Positions 1 to 12,373 of a stretch of DNA of 64,000 bases are shown here, in pieces. The DNA lies in assembly GCA_951406725.2 (NCBI GenBank), contig OX597816.1, positions 9,672,001 through 9,736,000 on the forward strand, in the 5' to 3' direction. Numbering within the stretch: position 1 is the stretch's first letter; each line of letters opens with the position of its first letter. Source of the DNA: Octopus vulgaris. Lineage: Eukaryota. Below the pieces are notes generated by a model. The model made no database searches, was not told the DNA's origin, and saw only the letters and a program-made list of their open reading frames with translations. The translations under genes and the position numbers were made by a program.

Positions 1-390
1 AGATCTTTTGACTGTTAGTCCATCTTTCAAATTTCAAAGATTTTCTTGAGAACTTCAAAAAAATTCTCCAAGATAAACTAGGTCATCAGCCTCTGAGAGT
101 TCTCAACGATAAAATATTTCCTCTTCTTTTCTTCTTTGTCATCCTATAAAACAACTTAGCATGATACTTGTTTACAAAGAATTTATTACCAAGACTGCAT
201 CTATTGAGTCAATGAAATAAAAGCTATAGTAGAAAAAGAATTGAGATTTCTAATGATAATGTCGATTAGAACAAGAAACTGTGATGGAAAATATATTAAA
301 TAGTAAATATATCTGAAGTGAGAATCAGAATTTAGAAGGAAGTAACAATTGTAGTCTATTAAATATCAGAAACACTGGTAGATATATTTA

Positions 391-543
391 GATGGACAGA
401 CAGACAGATATATGGATAGATAGACAGATAGATAGATAGACAGAGATAGAGAGAGAGTGAGAAAAAGAGTAAAGGAGGGAAAGAAATAAGAGCAGTATTA
501 CAGTATGATGATAGATAGACAGACAGATAGATAGATAAGATAG

Positions 544-574
<31 letters not shown>

Positions 575-663
575 GATAGATAGATAGATAGGCAGGTAGG
601 ATTGGTGGGTGGATGGATGGATGGATGGATGGATAGATAGGTAGGTAGGTAGGTAGGTAGATT

Positions 664-716
<53 letters not shown>

Positions 717-733
717 GTAGGTAGAGAGGTAGG

Positions 734-787
<54 letters not shown>
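391..787. repeat. Compound microsatellite (GACA/GATA)n-(GGAT)n-(GGTA)n-(GA)n
   Basis: Tandem runs read directly; explains ORF 388..897. Confidence 0.95.
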
Positions 788-790
<3 letters not shown>

Positions 791-1097
791 CAGTATGAAA
801 ATAAATAGGGGAGAGATAGAGAAAGAAAAGAGAAGAAGCAGTATGAAAGTGGGTTGGGGAAAATATAGTTAAGAAAAGAAAAAAAATAGTTAATCATGAA
901 GTAGTAATATATAATGTAATAGGTGGGTTGTTAAATGAATCTAGAGATCGACTGCAGAGAGAAGTTAGCAGAGTCATTAGCTCACTTGAATTACTAATTC
1001 TCTGCTGGAAACGAAGAGAGGAAGTTTGTTCATCTATGATGTCAGAAGGATTCAGTTTGAAGCATTAAGCAGCAGCTGAAGTATAAGCAACATATAC

Positions 1098-1420
<323 letters not shown>

Positions 1421-1924
1421 CGCACAAAGTTTTCAATATGTAAAAACTGGAAAAAAAGTTCATTTAAAAATAAATACAACTGTCGTTGCTACCACAGCTA
1501 CTGTTATTTTATAAGTTCTTTTTTCTTTTTTTTTTTTATTCTCATTCTGGCATGGGTTAGGTAAGTATTGTAATGTCTCACCACCCGCTGTGGTCCTTCA
1601 TCATCTGGAAGACACAACAGCAGAGAAACATCTGCTAACTTTGTTATTGTATATTTCACTATTTTTGGTATAGTTTCCATGGATATCCCCACCACCACCA
1701 CCACCACCACCATCACCATTCATCACAAATTACTTGACAGAGTAGACTGGATGCGTTTTATCGTCTATCATTTTCTTCCATTCATTCCTTCCTGATGGGT
1801 ATGGATTTTACAGCTGGATACCTTTCCTACAAGAAAGCTTTACATCATGAGCTGGGTACAGATAAATATAATTGTGCTACCAGTCCTGAAGATGTTGCCA
1901 ACAAGACTAAATCTTCCTGCCAAT

Positions 1925-2340
1925 GAGCTTCACTTATCTCTCATTTCTTAGATTGGAAGCTTCCTATCTGATCACACCATTACAACATATGTTGATAGAG
2001 CTCTTTCTGCCCTAATCTCCATCAACTCTGGTGTTCCCCTGGGATCAGTTTTGTTTGCGCTCTCTCCATCAATGACTTACTTCCCATCACATTCAACAAT
2101 GCCCATACTTATGCAGATGACACAACCATTCATCTCTCCTTAACATTCCACAGTACTTCATCATCTACATACAAACCATTTATTCAGCAAAGAGAAACTC
2201 AAGCACTTCTCATTTCAAGAAAACGTTACTACTCCTCACCCCCTCTTAACATGAATGACTCTCACCCAGTGCCCACAGTTACTCCAAATGCTGGGCCTCA
2301 CTATTACTGAGAGTCTCTCCTAACAAAAGGACATCTGCAA
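1925..2340 (+). mobile_element. Decayed non-LTR retrotransposon RT fragment (Jockey/CR1/L2-like), absent from the ORF track
   Basis: Manual translation gives IS*IGSFLSDHTITTYVDRALSALISINSGVPLGSVL (SGVP at 2027), a frameshift, then INDLLPITFNNAHTYADDTTIH (YADD at 2110-2121) and LQMLGLTITESLS*QKDI. These are RT motifs with stops. Confidence 0.85.
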
Positions 2341-4704
2341 AGGTTATGGGCAGTGCCTCTTCTACCACACTCAGCAAGTAAATCAGAGAAAACCTTTTAG
2401 TTACTTTTTACAACATGCAGGGACACATCGTTTCTATTCTAAAACTAGAATACACACAGCTAATGTGTGTGTGTATGTATTTAGAGAAAGAGAGCAAGGA
2501 AACAAAGTGAAATAAAGCTTCTAAATCTATCTGTTTGTTCTCAGTGCTGAGAGACAGAAAGCAAGAGAAAGACAGTAGATGTCATAGAGCAGAACTATAT
2601 TTTAGAAATGAACTGAGAGACAGAATCTAAACAAGTGCAATAGAAAAGTTAATTCTTGGATTGATCTCCTATAAATCCTCTTCACCTGTGCTATTCCATA
2701 TATTATCGCCTGCAATACTGCCCAGCGCTTTAGAAATAACACTCTTCTTGAACAAACTGACATGTTTCTCAGTTGTAATTTATAAGTTTTCTAAGTAACT
2801 TCAGCAACCTTCAATTTAACTTTGCCGTATGTATGCTTACACTGCAAAGGAATTCACTTTTACACAAACTGAAGATATTATATAAACAACATCAATATAG
2901 CTACAACTCATCCTCCTAACACATTAACTATTTGCATCTCCACCCTATCCCTTCTACAAAAGGTTTTTGATCCCAATTAACTTGTTAACTTCCTTCAATC
3001 AACAATTAACTCTAAAGACACACCTCACATAAATAGTTGTTGATGAAACTATATTTAATCTTCATCGTACCAACTCAGGTATATTCTGTGTTTAACCTTT
3101 AATCTAGCACAATCTCAGTTTTATACCAACAAATGTCATTGTGTGGCACTTTATACAAAGTATCTTCTACAATACCCATGAGCTAATCAAAGTCTTGTGA
3201 GTGAATTTGGTAGACGAAACTGAAAGAAGCTCAATGTTACATATATATACACACACACAAGCGTGTGTGTATGAGTGTGCATGTGTATCTGAGTATGTGT
3301 GAGTGCATTTCTATGTATGTCCATGTGTTTGTTTACATTAATGTTCTGTAGTAGTAAGGCTCACCCAGACAACCTATCACTGCTATTTTCATTTCTTCCC
3401 TGCTCCACCATGATTATCCACTATTCTCTCTCCCAAAATGTGAATAGCCATGTAGTTTCTCTACAGCAAATATCCTGTTCTGCTCTGGCTCTCTCTATAA
3501 TACTTGGATCCCTCATCTTTTAGCATAAAGCTGTCTCTCTAGGAATTCATAGTTTTGCAAGCTACATGAAAAAAGCACCCAGTACACTCTGTAAAGTATT
3601 TGGTGTTAGAAAGGGCATCCAGTCATAAAAACCATGTTGAAGTTGATGGGAACACTGAAAACCTTGGACTATAAAAAGTCAGGGTGTAGCTAAAGATGCA
3701 GTCATGTCTTAGCATATTTGTAAATACTATAAAGTGATTTGCTACAAATATAATAACTAGTAAAACCCAGAAAATTTCCATGCTTTCCATTGGTTAGAAA
3801 TAGTGTTTGCCAGATTCAGTAATTATCCAGGAACAAAGCAACTGGAGTTTATCTCAGATTGATACTGTCATAGTATTTGGGATATTTCGTTGTAAATGAA
3901 ATTTGTTTAAAAGTCTATGATGCTTTAACAATTGGACACTTGATATAAACCTAAGCTTTTTAACTTACTATGTGTCAAGTGATCTATATATACTAAAAAT
4001 AACTATATTATTCATATAAATGGTTGTAAATTATTCAGTGTCCTGAGGCTTATGGTATATCTATGTCATTACTTTGAGAATGAAATACATTTGTCTTCCT
4101 AGACATTTTCTTGTTTATTTATGTGTGGTTTAATTTGTAGATTTGTTGGTAGCCTTAAAATAAATAACCCACACAATCATTGTAAACAATTCTGTTATAT
4201 ATATATATATATATAAACTATTGTATATAAACAGTTTAACATCAAACCAAAGGATTATTCAATACATTTCAGTAGAATGTATACTTTTATATATACATAT
4301 ATAGTATAAATGTACACACATACACACAGGCACACTGATATCAGACAATATATTCTCATCCAAGATAGAGATGAGTACCAATGCTCTTTGAGGCAGGCAT
4401 CATAAAACCATTGGTAGTCAAAAGTGTGTGTGTGTATATATACATGTGTGTGTGTGTGTGTATACATATATATATTATCTAAAAACAATACTTGATGGCA
4501 TGATTCTTGCATAATATATTATCATTATAGATTATAGAATTATAAATGCTTTTGTATTGTTATGAAATGAGATATTGAAACTAACAGTTTCAATATGAAT
4601 GGATATCACTGATATTACTTTTGTTGTTCTTTCAAATGTGTGTGTGTGAGAGTATAGATATATATGTATGCATGTATGTAGATATGCATGTATGTATGTA
4701 TGCA

Positions 4705-4870
4705 TGTAAAGGGAAAGGTTATGAAAATAAACAAAAGACAAAGGCAGGTGGTGTAGAAAATAAACAGATATATTAGTATAGCGCTCAGGAATAGAAAAAG
4801 TCTTTTACGTTTCGAGCCTACGCTCTTCGACAGAAAGATACACAGGAAAAAACAAGGAAAGAAAAAAAAT
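4705..4870 (-). mobile_element. Short Penelope-like terminal-repeat fragment carrying a hammerhead motif, inserted in a (TATG)n tract
   Basis: Non-repetitive insert between two copies of TGTAGATATGCATG (~4677 and ~4874); contains the fold at 4801-4838. Confidence 0.55.
4801..4838 (-). ncRNA. Minimal type I hammerhead ribozyme-like motif, core variant CUGUCGA
   Basis: Minus strand reads TCTTT-CTGTCGA-A-GAGC-GTAG-GCTC-GAAA-CGT-A-AAAGA: 5-bp helix I, 4-bp helix II, palindromic ACGT helix III, GUA triplet. Confidence 0.7.
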
Positions 4871-5055
4871 GTGTGTAGATATGCATGCATGCATGCATGT
4901 ATGTATGTATGTATGTATGTATGTATGTATGTATGTATGTATGTATGTATGTATGTATGTATGTATGTATGTATGTATGTATGTGTGTGTGTGTGTGTGT
5001 GTGTGTGAGTGTGAGTGTGTGTATGCATATGTGAGTGTGTGCATGTATATGTGTA
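4871..5055. repeat. (TATG)n/(TG)n microsatellite
   Basis: Read directly. Confidence 0.95.
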
Positions 5056-5544
5056 TCAATGTATAGCTTTTTACTTGAAGGACAGATTTCTAAGATGATG
5101 TAAATGCATTCAAGTGTGTTTATTACTTGTTTTGAATAACCCTTATATTATGGCTGTTAGAGGGAAAATTACTGAATCTATATACAGCCATGTAAAGCTT
5201 AAGTAAATACCTGAACATCGTATTAGACACTGAGATATAGTAGTATGCACACCTAGCTGACACTCAAGAATCATGATTTGATTCCTATTGAGTGCATTAG
5301 CCTTTTCACAATTGAATCTTACTAATCTGTTTGTCTGTGTATACATATATATTTTTATATACATACATGTATGTATGTATGCATGTATGTATAAATGGTT
5401 GACTTTATGTCAAGTTACATATAAAAACAACTTAACACTAAACTGAAGGATTACTCAATAATATTTCATAAATTACCTAGCTAATTGATTGATTGACCAA
5501 ATGATTATTGAAATAAACAAATGGTTAACTAATTGACTAATGAT

Positions 5545-5757
5545 AATCCTTTCTATCATAGGCATAAGGCCTGGAATTTGGGAGAGGAGGCTAGTCAATT
5601 CCATCAACCAGTGCTAACCAGTACTTATTTTGTCAACCCCAAGAAGATGACAGACAATGTCAACTGCAGTAGAATTTGAACTCAGACTATAAAACTGGAA
5701 GAAATGCCACTAAGCATTTTCTCCAGTGTGATAACAATTCTGCCAGCTCACTGCCTT
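5545..5757 (-). mobile_element. Old tRNA-derived SINE with conserved central domain (family D)
   Basis: Similar to 18781-19000 and 35795-35950 (GTACTTATTTT...GAATTTGAACTCAGA). Confidence 0.7.
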
Positions 5758-6244
5758 TAGTTAATTAATAATAGTAAAAGAACTGAAATAGAATTAGTGC
5801 ATGTGTCTATCATTGACATAATAAGCCAACCAAAGATGCAACAAAATTTGTTCTAACACATGATTTCAGACAAAGAATCTTGTAATCCAAATTCAGATAT
5901 GAAATGTTGAACTTTCACCTAGAAAAGGTTGACAGTAACTTCAATGTTTTGGCTTGCTTGCTTTCATGAGACTGTCAAATGAAAATGAGAAAACTGTAAC
6001 TTTGAGGTCACTTTCAATCTTTTCCATATAAAAGTAAATCATCATGATTTAACATGTTTTTCATGCTGGCATGCACTGAAAGGTTTGACAGGAGTTGGCA
6101 GGCCAGAGAACTACACCAGGCTTGTTTAGTTGCATATATATACTATGTATATATATATATAGTATATATATAAATACAAAATGGGACAAGAATGCAAAAC
6201 ATTCAAATAGATGATATAGTGTATATATATAGTATATATAGTAT

Positions 6245-7794
6245 AGCAGCAATAAATGAGGTCAAATACTACTCTGCTGTAGGCCCTGATAGATTCCCCG
6301 CTAGTCTCCTGAAGGAATGTAGACACCAACTTGCAGACCCTCTGACCAACCTCTGGAGAAATTCGTTAGATGCAGGTTATATACCAAAACAGTTTCTATC
6401 CCAGTCAGTCATCCCGGTTTTCAAACAGGGAAACAGATCCCTTGCACTCAACTATCGCCCAATCTCACTCACCTCCCACATCATCAAAGTGTTTGAAAGA
6501 GTGTTAAAATCAAGGATGGCTGACTTCCTGGAGACCCAGAAACTCCTAAATGCAAATCAGTATGGCTTTCGCTGTGGCAGGGACTGTCTAACACAGCTCT
6601 TACACCACATTGAAGATGTACTCAAAGCCTTGGGAACAGGTTCGAACGCTGATGTCATATATCTTGACTTCAGTAAAGCGTTCGACAGGGTAGACCATAA
6701 TATCCTACTCTCAAAATTGGCAAATGTTGGAATCCGTGGAAAAGTTCTACACTGGATCAAGTATTTCCTGGCGAATAGAACACAACATGTTGTAGTTGAT
6801 GGAGTCCACTCAAGCCCAGCAAAAGTCACCAGTGGTGTCCCCCAGGGGACTGTCTTGGGTCTGCTACTCTTCATAATCTACATAAACGACCTTTCCAGTG
6901 TTGTACATTACTGCAAAGTGAAAATATTTGCTGATGACACCAAGCTCCAGCAAATCGTCAATGAAGAAGCAGACCGAACTCAACTCCAGTCTGATCTATA
7001 TGCTGTGAGTCAATGGGCAGACAGAAACAAAATGCAACTGAACGAGGGAAAATTTGAGCTGATGCATTTTGGAAGAAACTCCTCACTAAAACAGCCATAC
7101 TCTCTTCCTTCAGGGGAACCGCTCACAGCCTCTAACAACATCAGAGGCCTAGGTGTAATTGTTGATGACGATCTCAGTTGGAGTGCACACATCAACAAGA
7201 AGGTCGATATAGCTCGTATAGGATGAGTTCCTGGATCTTAAGAACTTTCCGGTCCAGCGAACAAGGTGTCATCATACCACTCTTCTCCTCCTTTGTACGG
7301 CCACACCTCGAATACTGCTGCCCACTGTGGTCTCCCCATACAAGACAAAACATCTCGAGGATTGAATCACCCCAGAGAGCACTCACTAAACGAATTGAAG
7401 GCATGGCTGCTCTTGATTATTGAAACTCTACTCTCTCCAGCGTCGCCGTGAGCGGTACATCATTTGTACGATGTGGAGAATATACTGCCAACTTTGCCCA
7501 AACAACCTGAACATAAGCTTCAAGGTTCATCCAAGACTGGGACCACGGGCCATACGTCCCCTGCCCAATTCAAGTTCACAGCATACTTATACACTACAAC
7601 ATAATTTCTTTTCCTCAACAGGCCCTGCCCTATTTAACATTGTCCCGAAAGAGATCAAAGAGGAACAGGATCCCATCAACTTTAAACGGAGTCTGGATAG
7701 ATTCCTTCAAAGAATACCAGATAAGCCACCCATAATTGGATACAACTCACCCAACAAAAACTCACTACTTGAATGGACCATAAGCAAAACTTGA
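6245..7794 (+). pseudogene. Disrupted LINE ORF2 reverse transcriptase (ORFs 6192..7226, 7178..7423, 7420..7794 are one gene)
   Basis: Frameshift near 7218 and a deletion/frameshift near 7420; no endonuclease domain; the N-terminal residues of ORF 6192 come from flanking DNA. Confidence 0.88.
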
Positions 7795-7892
7795 CTTAAA
7801 CAGGATTCAAATAATCCTATCAGGTGGTGCTATTAAGTTAGACATGGCCTGGACCAATCATTGGTCGAAACACATCTAAGTTTATCTAAGTT
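6245..7892 (+). mobile_element. 5'-truncated CR1-clade-like LINE: RT domain, C-terminus, 3' UTR and tail
   Basis: Motifs SAVGPD, NYRPISLTS, QYGFR, YLDFSKAFD, SGVPQGTVLG, FADDTK, VRPHLEYCCPLWSP, LYSLQRRRERY. A 3' hairpin GACCAAT-C-ATTGGTC precedes the tail (ATCTAAGTT)x2 at 7874-7892. Confidence 0.93.
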
Positions 7893-8595
7893 AATATATA
7901 TATATATTGTAAACATCATGATGATGATGATATATACTATATATATATATATTTACAGAAGACGTGGGTGGTATAAAAAAACATATGCAACTAAAACATT
8001 GTCATCAATTCAATGGTACATGTATAAATGGAATGTATTTTATCAATATTCCAAGAAAAATCATTTTAATGTTAAGCTATATACTTCAAATTGCTAGATA
8101 ACTGTGATACAAAATTAAATACAAAAATTGAAATTCTAGACTATTTCCTATAGAGCTCCTGATTTTGAAGATCAATAACTCTCATCTATAGCAGGTAGCG
8201 TTATTTGAAACAGGAATAATTTATAGTTATGTAAGCTATGCACTGGAAAATGGTAATTGCGCGCTTTACAATTTACTACATGAGCGGGTTTGACTATGAA
8301 AAGAAATAAATTTTTACATAAGTATGCAGGAAAGCAAGCACATTTTGTTATTTTGTTTTTTTTAATGCAGTGATTTATCAGTCTAAATACTGAACAGAGG
8401 GATGTAAGTTTTGTATGGATTTCCTTATACCAATGACTTTTTATTAGAGTTGTTAAGAGCTTTAATACAACAAAAATAATAAAGTTAAAGAAGCCTGTTT
8501 ATTAGCATAGATAAGAATGTTCACAACATGTTTACTGCAGTTTAAAACTTTCAAGGTTACAAGTGGGGAAGTGTGTAACTGTGTATATATATATT

Positions 8596-8844
8596 ATCAT
8601 CATCAATTTAATGCCCACTTTTCCATGCTTGCATGGGTCAGACAGAATACATTGGAACAATGTTTTTTTATGGTTAGACACCCTCTCTGTTATCATCCTC
8701 CACTTGTTTCCAAGTAAGGTAATATTTCCCCATGGCCAGACAAGCTTTCATGGAAGACTGGAAATGAAGGACAATCCTTACATGACAGTGACACTCATTT
8801 ACAACTAATACATGATGTCAAGACTAGAAAGCACACACACACAG

Positions 8845-8879
<35 letters not shown>

Positions 8880-9005
8880 TACACACACACTAACATGCAC
8901 AAACATACACACATATATGGCCAGGTTCTTTTCAGTTTCTGTCAACCAAATCCACTCACAAGACTTTGGTCGGCTCAGGGCTGTAAGATTGTGGTTGTGA
9001 AGCAA
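8596..9005 (-). mobile_element. Decayed SINE (family B: tRNA head, internal CA tract, RTE-like (GAT)n tail)
   Basis: CATCATCAATTTAATGCCCACTTTTCCATGCTTGCATGGG tail and TTCAGTTTCTGTCAACCAAATCCACTCACAAG body, shared with other copies. Confidence 0.75.
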
Positions 9006-9110
9006 ACTTTGAACACACGCATCTATTCCAATGTCTACATGTTCCTCATTTTTGCTGTTGCTTGAAGGTCAGAATAAAATGAAGAATATACATGTGCATT
9101 TGCATACAAA

Positions 9111-9327
9111 TATGAGGTGGTGGTGAAAAGTTCCTGGCTTTAAGGGTATTGCAAAAGGCCTCGCTGGAGGCCAAACCTTCTGAGTTCTTTTACAGGGTTT
9201 AGAAAAATTGAAGAACTACTGCCATAAGTGTGTGAGTCTGAGAGGGAATTATATTGAATAAAATCATAAATGATCTTCCTGTATTTTCTTTTACCCAAAG
9301 CCAAGAAATTTTCAGCACTCCTTCATA
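9111..9327 (+). mobile_element. Mariner-derived MITE
   Basis: TA ends; imperfect TIRs TGAGGTGGTGGTGAAAAGTTCCTGGCTTT / AAAGCCAAGAAATTTTCAGCACTCCTTCA; internal remnant of a transposase C-terminus (QGLEKLKNYCHKCVSLRGNYIE*). Confidence 0.8.
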
Positions 9328-9575
9328 TATTAAAAGGTAAAAAAAACCCTTCAATCATGAATAACTACGGAATTGCACCCAGAAAGTTACCTTCTGAGGT
9401 ACAAGTCTGGGCAAGGTTGTTTATAGAAGACCAACAGTCGCCCATGCGAACCAGCATCCCCTCTCCATACCACTAATGTTATCCAAGGGAAAGGCAAAGG
9501 TCGAGACAGCTTGGCACCAGTGATGTTACAACTCATTCCTACAGCTGAGTGAACTAGAACAACATGAAATAAAGT

Positions 9576-9969
9576 ACATTATTTACATTATTTATATTTG
9601 ACGGATATTTGTACACATCTTGTTTGTTGTTAACACAATGTTTTGGCTGATATACTCTCCAGCCTTCATCAGGTGTCTTGGGGAAATTTCGAACCTGGGT
9701 TCTCATTCCTAAGGTATTTTTCAATGTTATAACTATTATTATTATTGTTGTTCAGGTAACTGCCTGGAATCGAACTCAGAATCTTGGGGTTAGTAGCCTG
9801 CACTCTTAAACACTCTGCCTGATGAAGGCTGGAGGGTATCTCAGCCAAAACATATATTGGTTCATAAGAATCTCACCATAGCCCATGTATATAACAAACA
9901 AGATGAGGATAAATATCCATCAAATGTAAATAATATACATAATTCCTCATCTTTTAAATATAGAATTAC
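9576..9969 (-). mobile_element. tRNA-headed element with hammerhead-containing tail and an inverted copy of that tail; 10-bp TSD
   Basis: TSD GAAATAAAGT at 9566-9575 and 9970-9979. Minus-strand tRNA-like head ~9820-9753 with B box GTTCGATTCC. Inverted arms ~9584-9673 and 9818-9935, each with CTGATGA-A-GGCTG...CAGCC-AAAAC. Confidence 0.8.
9632..9677 (-). ncRNA. Degenerate minimal type I hammerhead (GAAA reads AAAA)
   Basis: Minus strand reads GACAC-CTGATGA-A-GGCTG-GAGAGTATAT-CAGCC-AAAACATT-GTGTT. Helices I and II are intact; AAAACATT is two CpG transitions away from GAAACGTT. Confidence 0.65.
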
Positions 9970-10966
9970 GAAATAAAGTGTCTTGACTAAGAACACAACT
10001 CAAGGTCTAGGAATTGAACTCATAATCTTATGATTGTGAGCCAGAAACTCAAACCATTGAGCCATATATATGTGTGTGTGTGTGTGTGTGTGTATACAGT
10101 ATTCTATCCATTTCAGTCCACTAGTATTAGAAGTAAATATAAGAACATCTGCAGAAATGTGTTTGCAAGTCTCCTCCACTTAATTCAAGAAAACCTGGGG
10201 CTATGCTACAACCATATGGCCCTATATATTCTTTATGACAAGATTACCTCAGTATTTTAAATATACATTTACACAGCAGCTGGCACATTCTAAAAGCTCC
10301 AAATATTAGTTAATGTATTTGAGCAAGTCATTTACACTGATTTATCAAAAGATACAATTCTTTATACTCCTGTTATCTGATCTGTACATTGCAAACTACC
10401 TTTTTTTCTTCTTCATTTGGTTATATTTTCATCTCTTGAAGTCATTTTATCTTTTATGTTTGTTTGTCTTTTCATATTTGTATGATTTGTAGAGGTAAGT
10501 CAAATTATATCAGAAATAAAGCATTTAAAATTAAGACAAGAAAGAATGAAAGAAAGAAAAAGTAACATGAAAAGAATTTATAATGAAGAATTACATGACC
10601 ATAATGGGGAAAAATAAATGTGAAAATCATTAATGATAATGATAATGAGTATTGAACATAAATTTGCCATTCAGTTTTGCATATTGCACTAGCAGACTCT
10701 CTTTGTTCTCAGACGAAGAAAGCACAGCACATTTAACCAAAATATAATTAATCTGAAATTTCCATTCTTCTTTCCTGCAAAAATTTTCAAAAATGATCTT
10801 TGTGTAAATTCTTTTAATAATATATTATTCAAGCACTCATTAAATTGAAATTTTAAAAAATATTTAATACTGTTATTTTAGATTTATAAATATATTTCCT
10901 CTAATAACATAGATGAAAACCTTTACAATTAGAGATCTCAATAGTTTATAACTAACTGAAGTTGAT

Positions 10967-11388
10967 ATCTTTCTCTTTCTCTTTTACTTGTTTCAGTCAT
11001 TTGACTGCGGCCATGCTGGAGCACCGCCTTTAGTCGAGCAAATCGACCCCGGGACTTATTCTTTGTAAGCCCAGTACTTATTCTATCAGTCTCTTTTGCT
11101 GAACCGCTAAGTGACAGGGACGCAAACACACCAGCATCGGTTGTCAAGCAATGCTAGGGGTACAAACACAGACACACAAACACACATACATATATATATA
11201 CATATATATATACATACATATATACGACAGGCTTCTTTCAGTTTCCGTCTACCAAATCCACTCACAAGGCATTGGTCGGCCCGGGGCTATAGCAGAAGAC
11301 ACTTGCCCAAGATGCCACACAGTGGGACTGAACCCGGAACCATGTGGTTGGTTAGCAAGCTACTTACCACACAGCCACTCCTGCGCCT
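10967..11388 (-). mobile_element. Near-intact tRNA-derived SINE (family A)
   Basis: Minus strand head GGCGCAGGAGTGGCTGTGTGGTAAG...GGGTTCAGTCCC (A/B boxes), internal TA/TG tract, tail GACTGAAACAAGTAAAAGAG; CpGs retained. Confidence 0.9.
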
Positions 11389-11414
11389 ATATAAGCATAT
11401 ATCTAAATTATAAC

Positions 11415-11790
11415 TTGGCTGTGTTAAGAAATTCACTTTCCAATCACATGATTTCAAGTTCAGTCTCAATGTATAGTATCTTGGGCAAGTTCCTTCTACT
11501 ATAGCCCCAGGCTAGCCAAAGACTTGTGAGTGTATTTGATAGAAAGACACTGAAAGAAGCTCATTGTATGCATATGTGCGTTTGTGTCTCCTTGTCTTCA
11601 CATTGCCCAATAGTTGTAAATGAGTGCCACCATCATATACATAGTGACCATGGGGAAATATTAACATACTTTGAAATAGCTGAGGGTTGACAACAAGAAG
11701 GACATCTAGTTGTAGAAAATCTGCTTCCATGAACTGTGTCTGACCCATGGAAGTATGGAAAATAGATGTTAAAATGCTGATGATGATGAT
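11415..11790 (+). mobile_element. SINE family B, head-to-head with the 10967-11388 copy
   Basis: Same head; tail GACCCATGGAAGTATGGAAAATAGATGTTAAAATGCTGATGATG. Confidence 0.8.
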
Positions 11791-12373
11791 AGTAAAGATT
11801 TCTGTTGATAGATACTATCATTTGTTTTCAAAGGAAATTAGTCTACGTCTCCTCATAAAAAATATATTCTCTATGTAAGTTGATACCAATTTAAATGAAA
11901 GCTACACTATTAATTATCAATTAAATACTAGTTATGTCACCTAAGCAGTAATCTAATTAGTATAACAATTTGTTTTCATATAATCAATTGATATATAATA
12001 CTCTTTCTTTTAATAGCCATTTTCCATTCTAGCATGCAATGGATAAATCTGCAATAAATCTCTCTCATGGATTTTAATCTCGAATGGGAGATCAGATTTT
12101 CTCTTCACTTTAATTGCTTTGCTTCATACAATGACTCCCAAGTTATTCATCTTCCATGGGTATATCCTTTCACCTACACACAATACTTTTTTTCCCTTGC
12201 AGTAAATATCAAGTAGTCACCCTATTTGATTAGTTTGACAATGATTTTCACAATCAGTAGTTTGTTTTTTTCATCCTGTTTTGCAATCAGAGTAATATTT
12301 AACCCTTTTGTTAACATAACTCCATTGAAATACATTGCCTTTACTTCAATTAATTTTGAAAATAATGAAACCA

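Larger units (their letters stand above)
9333..10065 (-). mobile_element. tRNA-derived SINE (family C-type head) split by the 9576-9969 insertion
   Basis: CAGCTGAGTGAACTAGAACAACATGAAATAAAGT resumes as GAAATAAAGTGTCTTG...GGAATTGAACTCA; matches the reverse complement of the 48450 SINE head. Confidence 0.75.

Noticed and set aside
2680-2850. Possible minus-strand exon with TTTGCAG acceptor and CAG|GTGA donor
   Set aside because: All three frames contain stops.
6557-7404. Antisense ORFs over the LINE
   Set aside because: Shadow frames of the RT coding sequence.
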